Assembly: GCA_001275005.1 (NCBI GenBank)
Contig: JWZX01002170.1
Span: 1 to 41,684 of the forward strand
From: Chrysochromulina tobinii
Lineage: Eukaryota
Length of the DNA: 41,684 nt
Reading direction: 5' to 3'
Of the stretch, positions 39,511 through 41,684 are shown one piece after another (the first letter of the stretch is position 1; every line of letters starts with the position of its first letter). Below the pieces are notes generated by a model, which had not been told where the DNA came from, made no database searches, and worked only from the letters and a program-made list of their open reading frames with translations. A program made the position numbers and the translations under genes.

Positions 39511-40695
39511 GCGCCGCCTCCCACGCAGTGGCGAGGCTCTGCCCTGAGGGACCGTTCTCTGAGAGGCGCTCGATTGGGTGCACACATGCTCGTCTGTCCC
39601 TGGCACGGCATGATGGGCGGCTATTGGTACAGGAGGAGATGGCATGTGCGGGTCAGTGCGCGCGCTGTGCGGGTCGGGTGAACTTGAATGCATCGATCGT
39701 GACAAAACGGCACGTGCCGTGGCTGCAGACGCACGCCTGTACGGTTTTACTACGGTAGTATAAGAACTCAATTTTTTTGATTTTACACGAAAAGCACCGC
39801 GCAATGGCACCGCGGGCTGCGGCCGGCGAGCACGGGCCACGACCGGACCGCGACCGCCGGCGCCGGCTTGGCCCAATGCGTGTGAGCGTGTCACCCCGTC
39901 CCGCGCGCCATCCGCCAAGCAACAATCCAAGCAAGCTCTTGCATGTGCCCGGGGATGGAACGCGTGGGCCAGAAATCACCTCAGTAGTCAGTTTCGGCTT
40001 TGAAAAAACTCAAATACTTGACCCAAGGCGCAAGGGGGAGTGGTCTACTATTCTTCATGTTTATCCGCAGGCCCCAACCCTACACCTGTTTGGGAATCGA
40101 ATGGATTTTTTGCATATTCCGCGCTCCGCGCGGGCGTGTCGCATGTGCGCCGCGCTGCGTTGAATGCGAAGACCGAAGTCCAGGAGTAGCTCGAGTTGCT
40201 CAACGGTTTGATCAGTATGTGCAGAATCATTGTAGTTGATACTCTGTCTACATCTAGTCTACAAGAGATGTTTCCATGTTACATTGACGTCCGCGGTATA
40301 GGCTACAGGCGTACGTTCAGAACGGATCGGCTAATAAGTAAATATGACTGATGAGAAAGAAACGCGCGGGTCCCCACCGGCACCGCTAGCACCGCCCACG
40401 CCCTCGTGCCTCGACCCCTGGGCCTTTACCCGAACTAGGTATTTGGCAGCAAAAAAAAAAGAACAAAGGTCAGTACAATTGACACGGTACTCTCGTTGCC
40501 CTCCTAGACCCTTCGTTTTGAACATGGCTCCGCGCCCACTTTCCCAAACCTTATTTGGGACGTGGCTCGCGCAATCACCGCCCGCCGAGCCTTTCCCAAA
40601 CCTTATTTGGCTAGGGGGACCCCCTTAATTTGGCACGTGGCTCGCGCAAATCACCGCCCGTCGGCACCACGAAAATTGTAAATGCGAGCAGAAGC

Positions 40696-41684
40696 TGTCG
40701 CACGCCTCCCTGAGTCACAACCGCGGCACCGCAGCAGTTACCAACACGCGGCAAGCACGACCGTGATCCCCACTTCCGGCGCAGACACTAGGGATAGCCA
40801 GTCGTGTCCCAAGCGCTGGCCTGCCGCACGGTCTTCTCACGCATCTGCTGCTGCGCAGACACTGCATCTTCACCCAGTTCGCCCGCCTGACGCGCCACTG
40901 CTCTGGCCCTCGCCTGTGCGCGCAGACACCCATGCTTCGTGCCGCCTCCCGCAACACTGCCGGCCGCTCGGCCGCCTCCGTCGCCCGCAAGGTCGCCGTG
41001 CCGGCGCTCGTCCAGCGCCGTGGCTTCATGTCGTCGCTGGATGACTACGGCTCCAACCTGTTCAAGGGTAAGGTCGCCGACACGTACCTCGCCAAGCAGG
41101 GCCTGCCGGCGGGCCTGATGGATGACCCGAAGTGGACCTCCAAGCCCGCGACGGCGGACAAGGTCGCCGCCGCCATCATGGAGTGGGCGGGCGACCGCGG
41201 CGCATCGGTCTACACTCACTGGTTCCAGCCGACCGGTTCGGCGGGCGTGCGCCTGGGCATGACGGGCCAGGTGCACAACACCTTCTTCGCCTTCGGCGCC
41301 GATGGCAAGCCCGAGTTCGAGTTCAAGGGAAAAACCTTGCTCAAGGGCGAGACGGACGGCTCGTCGTTCCCGAACGGCGGCATCCGCGCGACGCACTGCG
41401 CGGGTGGCTACACGGTGCTTGACCCGACGTCGCCGATCTTCCTGCGCGGCGACACGGTGTACGTGCCCAGCGTACTCGTCTCCTTCTACGGCGACGCGCT
41501 CGACGAGAAGACGCCCCTGCTCCGCTCGATGAATGCCCTCTCGAAGGAGGCGGCCCGCCTGTGCAAGAATCTCGGGTACGAGATTGGGGGCGCCTTCCCG
41601 AACATTGGGCTGGAGCAGGAGTACTTCCTGATCCCGCGCTCGGCGTTCTACAAGCGCCTCGACCTCCAGATGACCGGCCGCACC
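40696..41684 (+). repeat. Direct segmental duplicate of 36905-37893 (offset 3791 bp)
   Basis: By eye identical from 40705 / 36914 to the window end, with one mismatch (36913 a / 40704 g) near the start. Confidence 0.93.
40932..41684 (+). CDS. glnN: Second glutamine synthetase III copy, 5' part (runs off the right edge)
   Basis: Sequence from ATG 40932 matches 37141 onward through ...LDLQMTGRT. Confidence 0.92.
   Translation, partial: MLRAASRNTAGRSAASVARKVAVPALVQRRGFMSSLDDYGSNLFKGKVADTYLAKQGLPAGLMDDPKWTSKPATADKVAAAIMEWAGDRGASVYTHWFQPTGSAGVRLGMTGQVHNTFFAFGADGKPEFEFKGKTLLKGETDGSSFPNGGIRATHCAGGYTVLDPTSPIFLRGDTVYVPSVLVSFYGDALDEKTPLLRSMNALSKEAARLCKNLGYEIGGAFPNIGLEQEYFLIPRSAFYKRLDLQMTGRT

Overview
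Gene-dense, GC-rich eukaryotic nuclear DNA with GT-AG spliceosomal introns. Gene content and style (mitochondrial-type GSIII, Tic22-like protein, U-box/Sel1 protein, bipartite-looking presequences, repeat-filled introns) suggest a haptophyte-like alga; this is inference. I support about 19 protein genes. In order: a partial hypothetical gene, NUP50, a coiled-coil/IQ protein with a 90-bp repeat tail, a secreted-looking TPR-like+JmjC oxygenase, a secreted YHYH + cytochrome-b5-like + Hint (hedgehog-type autoprocessing) protein, a Glyco_trans_1_2-type glycosyltransferase, a Tic22-like protein, a U-box/Sel1 protein, VPS54, an S9D glutamyl endopeptidase, an EF-hand coiled-coil protein, a PDZ-like/TKL kinase/EF-hand protein, two ARM-module paralogues, a diacylglycerol kinase, a small tail-anchored protein, and two tandem glutamine synthetase III copies (the second runs off the window). 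Five introns were resolved by hand; these join ORFs that the six-frame track shows as fragments. Most notable: (1) the YHYH-cytb5-Hint protein with a 356-bp foldback/MITE-like element right in front of it; (2) related repeat-built introns in unrelated genes, one carrying a duplicated acceptor junction; (3) a U-box E3 with a plastid-type presequence next to the Tic22-like gene; (4) GSIII copies identical over CDS and proximal leader but diverged upstream; (5) a recurring intergenic palindrome TACC(G/C)GGTA. Domain calls are by eye from motifs; no database searches were run.
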